Assembly (NCBI GenBank): GCA_048882325.1
Contig: JBHLRS010000009.1
Span: 40,901 to 104,900 of the forward strand
Reading direction: 5' to 3'
Length of the DNA stretch: 64,000 nucleotides
Origin: Candidatus Thorarchaeota archaeon
GTDB lineage: Archaea; Asgardarchaeota; Thorarchaeia; Thorarchaeales; Thorarchaeaceae
The first letter of the stretch is position 1. Each line of letters opens with the position of its first letter. Position numbers and translations under genes: made by a program. The notes beneath the pieces are model-generated. The model did no database searches, was not told the origin of the DNA, and saw only the letters and a program-made list of their open reading frames with translations. Shown piece by piece: positions 60,623 to 64,000 of the stretch.

Positions 60623-61984
60623 CTATCGTCTTTTGAACAATATCACTATAGCTACTAGAACTAAGACTCCGAGCACAACAGAAGAAACAAGAGCTGAATC
60701 TGTCATACCATTCGGAATAGATTCTGTGTCTGATGTAGTAGTCGTCTGCGTCATGTCTGAGCTTGTTGTTACATTAGTGGTTGAAGTTGTCGAAACCTCC
60801 TCTAATTCCATCGAAAAGATTGAGCCAGAGTAAGATAGAATGTACAACTCCTTGTTCTCGTCCACTCCGAAACTTGAGATACCTAGAGATGTATCAAAAA
60901 GCTCTACATTGCTAACAACAACTCCATCCTGCTGTTCAAGTGACCATATTCGACCAGTCACGAAGTCTCCATAGATATACTTACCAAGAAGTTGAGTGAG
61001 TTTTGCCCCTCGATAGACGTAGCCACCTGTGATTGAGTGTCCAATATTATGTGTGTACTCCCAAATCGGATCAATCAGACCAGTGTCATTGCACGTTGCT
61101 GAGGCATAACATTGCGACCCTTCCTTGATATTCCACCCATAATTTCCTCCATTCTCTACGATGTCAATCTCTTCTATCTCATTTTGTCCAACATCAGCTA
61201 CAAAGAGCTGCCCCGATTCAGAGTCAAAGCTGAACCTCCAAGGATTCCTAAGACCATAAGCGAAAATCTCCTCTGCAAATCCTATGGAGTTACCATAGAA
61301 CGGGTTTGAGTCAGGGATACTATAATTCAAACCAGGATCAGTCTGATCGACATTGATTCTCAGTAATGAACCAAGAAGAGTGGAACGGTCCTGGCCGTGA
61401 CCCAAGGGGTCTCCTCCAGACCCCCCATCTCCCATTCCAATGTACAGGTACCCATCAGGACCAAAGACTATCTGTCCTCCATTATGGTTCGTGTATGGTT
61501 GCAAGATTTCTAGAATCACTTGTTCACTTGAGATGTCCGCTTGATTCAAGTTCCCACTATCAACTTGATATCTAGCAATAACCGTCCGACGTGGACTACT
61601 TGCTGTGTAATCAACAAAAAAGTAGCCATTTGATTCAAACTGTGGATGGAAGGCAAGTCCCAGAAGTCCCATCTCATTCCCCTCTTCACTCACTAGATGA
61701 GATATGTCAAGGAAGATCTGAGTTTCATCTGCAAAGGGTGTATTGTTAAACACGTGGATTCGACCTGGTTTCTCAACAACAAAGAGTCGATTAGTGCTAT
61801 CATTGACGTACTGGAGGTCCACTGGTCGTGTAAATGATAGGTCTGGGAAGGCATTACTCAGTATCAACCCTTCCTCACTCACTCCGTTCACTTCTGAAAG
61901 ACCGCTCCATACAAAGAATAATGTAACTCCTAAAAGACTCAACAAAAACAATACTATACCCTTTCTTCTGGACAGCGGTTCCAT
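60623..61984 (-). CDS. PQQ-dependent glucose/sorbosone dehydrogenase family, membrane-anchored
   Basis: GLLGLAFHP, NHNGG, YGLRNPWR, GGNYGW; Thr-rich linker and C-terminal TM. Confidence 0.92.
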   Translation of the reverse strand: MEPLSRRKGIVLFLLSLLGVTLFFVWSGLSEVNGVSEEGLILSNAFPDLSFTRPVDLQYVNDSTNRLFVVEKPGRIHVFNNTPFADETQIFLDISHLVSEEGNEMGLLGLAFHPQFESNGYFFVDYTASSPRRTVIARYQVDSGNLNQADISSEQVILEILQPYTNHNGGQIVFGPDGYLYIGMGDGGSGGDPLGHGQDRSTLLGSLLRINVDQTDPGLNYSIPDSNPFYGNSIGFAEEIFAYGLRNPWRFSFDSESGQLFVADVGQNEIEEIDIVENGGNYGWNIKEGSQCYASATCNDTGLIDPIWEYTHNIGHSITGGYVYRGAKLTQLLGKYIYGDFVTGRIWSLEQQDGVVVSNVELFDTSLGISSFGVDENKELYILSYSGSIFSMELEEVSTTSTTNVTTSSDMTQTTTTSDTESIPNGMTDSALVSSVVLGVLVLVAIVILFKRR

Positions 61985-62104
61985 CTTAATCCATTAACAA
62001 TAGTTAATATTCCTTTTATTAATCATTCCTTCAAACCACGAGTCATCTCGACCTTTCGATTTTTACCATGACGGGATTATTAGGCAAAGAACAGACTTAA
62101 CGCC

Positions 62105-62317
62105 ATGAAGAAAGAAAAGTGGAAATTGGTAGGTGGCCGCGTCTATAGATTAGCAGACATCTTTGACAACATGTATGACGCGGCTCAAAGAGCCAAAGAG
62201 CTGAAGGAAAGCAATCGCGTGTTTCTATCAAAAGTTGGTCAAAGCCGATGGGCTGTGTATTACAGACCCAAAGATCCCAAAGTTGAATGTACTCCTAAAC
62301 ACTACAATGTTGCATGA
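62105..62317 (+). CDS. Small hypothetical protein
   Basis: 70-aa ORF in its own intergenic space. Confidence 0.55.
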   Translation: MKKEKWKLVGGRVYRLADIFDNMYDAAQRAKELKESNRVFLSKVGQSRWAVYYRPKDPKVECTPKHYNVA

Positions 62318-62368
62318 CTAGACTCAACCTCTATTGGTGCTTAATAGAGCCCATTCACACATAGAAGC

Positions 62369-62680
62369 ATGCCAATTGACTCAATTCTCGCGGAAGCTGA
62401 TGATGATAATAGGAGAATCCGAGTGGAATCTTTGGGTAGAATTGTCAGTAAACTTCAACGTCCGCATTTTGAGAAACTTATTCGCGAATCTATCAAATCA
62501 GGTGTTGTAGACATCACGGACTGGACAATAGAAGCTCTACGAGCATTATTGAAAGTCTGTGCTGAAGAAGACCTTAGAGTCTCACTGAAGGATGGCACAC
62601 GTTACTTCATGCCAGTCAGATATCCAAAAGGCCCAATGCTAGAATCTCTCGCAAATGCCATTGCGTCCGGTGAATGGTGA
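62369..62680 (+). CDS. Hypothetical protein
   Basis: 103-aa ORF. Confidence 0.6.
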   Translation: MPIDSILAEADDDNRRIRVESLGRIVSKLQRPHFEKLIRESIKSGVVDITDWTIEALRALLKVCAEEDLRVSLKDGTRYFMPVRYPKGPMLESLANAIASGEW

Positions 62681-62742
62681 ACTTCTGGTTCTTCGGTAAC
62701 CTCTTTATTGGAGTCGGTCCCAGTCATGACTGGAGATGGAGT

Positions 62743-63954
62743 ATGAATCTCGCATTCAAAACACTTGATGATGTAGATGTAAAGAGAAAACGTGTACTAG
62801 TCCGAGTCGACATTAATTGCTCAGTTGATCCAGAAACCAAGAAAATCACCGATATCTCCAGGATTGAAGCCATTCAACAGACTTTGAAAGAATTAAGCAA
62901 TAGCAAGGTTGTTCTCATGGCTCACCAAGGTCGACCAGGAAGTGACGATTTTATCTCTCTTGAACAACACGCACAAGCTTTGAAAAATCTTGGATTCAAT
63001 GCTAGTTTTGTTGACGATATCTTTGGACAGAAAGCAAAAGATGCCATTACTCAGGTCAGTGATGGAGAAATCCTAGTACTCCAAAATGTCCGATACTTTG
63101 AAGGTGAGTTGAAGAAAGCACCGGCTCTTGAAGTTGCTCAAGAAGCCCTTGTTCAAGAGCTTTATCCTCTGTTCGACATCTTCGTGAATGATGCCTTTGG
63201 CGCAGCCCATCGGTCTCAGGCTTCTTTAGTAGGATTCACTACTGTATTACCATCTTATGCAGGACGGTTGGTCGAGAAAGAGATTCGCACATTGACTTCA
63301 GCCACTGACACAGAGCAACATCCATGGACTCTTATTCTAGGTGGAAGCAAGGTAGAGGATAAGGTCAATATTCTGAACAGACTCTTGGCAACAGACAGGG
63401 TTGATCATGCCGTGCTTGGAGGATTGATTGGCACACTCTTCCTGATTGCAGCTAAAAAAGTTTCAGAGTCCTACTCAAAACCAATCAAAGGATTTGAATC
63501 GTCTATAGATATTGCGCGAGAACTGTTGAAGAAATATGCTGATGTAATCGTTCTTCCAGAAGATGCAGCGGTTGAGCGGTCTGGTGCAAGACACGACTGC
63601 AATTTTAGCGAGATGAACAATGATCCGTTCTTAGATATTGGTCCCAAGACAACTACCAAGTATGTGAAACTCATTACCGACTCAGCTGTAGTCTTTGCCA
63701 ATGGTCCAATGGGTTACTTTGAGAAAGAGGTGTTTGCCAAAGGCACCTCAGATGTACTTGATGCCATTGCAAAATGTAGAGGAATCACTGTTGTTGGTGG
63801 CGGGCACATGGGTGCAATGGCAAAGAAGATGTTACTTGAGAATCAAATCACGCATATCAGTACAGGTGGAGGCGCTACTATCAATTTCTTGACAGGGAAG
63901 AAGCTTGATCTAGTGATTGCCCTGGAAGCTGCAGCCAAGAGGATGGACGAGTAG
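62743..63954 (+). CDS. pgk: Phosphoglycerate kinase
   Basis: LVRVDIN, HQGRPG, NDAFGAAHRS, NGPMG, HISTGGGA. Confidence 0.97.
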   Translation: MNLAFKTLDDVDVKRKRVLVRVDINCSVDPETKKITDISRIEAIQQTLKELSNSKVVLMAHQGRPGSDDFISLEQHAQALKNLGFNASFVDDIFGQKAKDAITQVSDGEILVLQNVRYFEGELKKAPALEVAQEALVQELYPLFDIFVNDAFGAAHRSQASLVGFTTVLPSYAGRLVEKEIRTLTSATDTEQHPWTLILGGSKVEDKVNILNRLLATDRVDHAVLGGLIGTLFLIAAKKVSESYSKPIKGFESSIDIARELLKKYADVIVLPEDAAVERSGARHDCNFSEMNNDPFLDIGPKTTTKYVKLITDSAVVFANGPMGYFEKEVFAKGTSDVLDAIAKCRGITVVGGGHMGAMAKKMLLENQITHISTGGGATINFLTGKKLDLVIALEAAAKRMDE

Positions 63955-64000
63955 ATACAATTTTTCATTCTGCTACAGCATCTTTGAATCTGTATTACAA

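Noticed and set aside
511-63892. Many short ORFs in the track lying antisense to or inside real genes and tRNAs
   Set aside because: Shadow ORFs with no motifs (for example 5364-5612, 12582-12851, 56127-56405, 60534-60833)

Overview
Core chromosomal segment of an archaeon, most likely an Asgard (Thorarchaeia-like) lineage; this is inferred from Rpo8/Rpb8, the GPN GTPase, a Gins23-type GINS, intron-rich tRNAs and the general gene set. It carries replication genes (cdc6/orc1, rfcL/rfcS, GINS, mcm, hel308), RNA/translation genes, PAN-MBF1-TFE, gatDE, metabolic genes and six tRNA genes (five with introns, four with introns at non-canonical positions). Main finds: (1) an unannotated box C/D-like sRNA (19720-19794) whose D guide reads the anticodon loop and puts the methylation position on nt 34, and whose D' guide matches a GGGGUCA motif shared by the introns of the pre-tRNA-Leu(UAA) and pre-tRNA-Met(CAU) in this window; (2) a probable replication origin at about 39.5-39.9 kb (ORBs around an AT-rich core), about 18 kb from cdc6, with four perfect GAACACGTGTTC palindromes and a small Cas2-like gene, plus a second ORB and a GTGAA array before a winged-helix gene at 35.3-36.4 kb; (3) an AAA+ ATPase plus ribbon-helix-helix operon, with palindromic TGTAWTACA sites clustered over 39-52 kb, a candidate new origin-proximal partition system; (4) a VirB4/HerA, Flp-pilin, TadA, TFB-paralog and Ig-protein locus; (5) an obligatory non-canonical start for hel308 and a SufS homolog lacking its PLP lysine. 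All calls were made by eye, without database searches.
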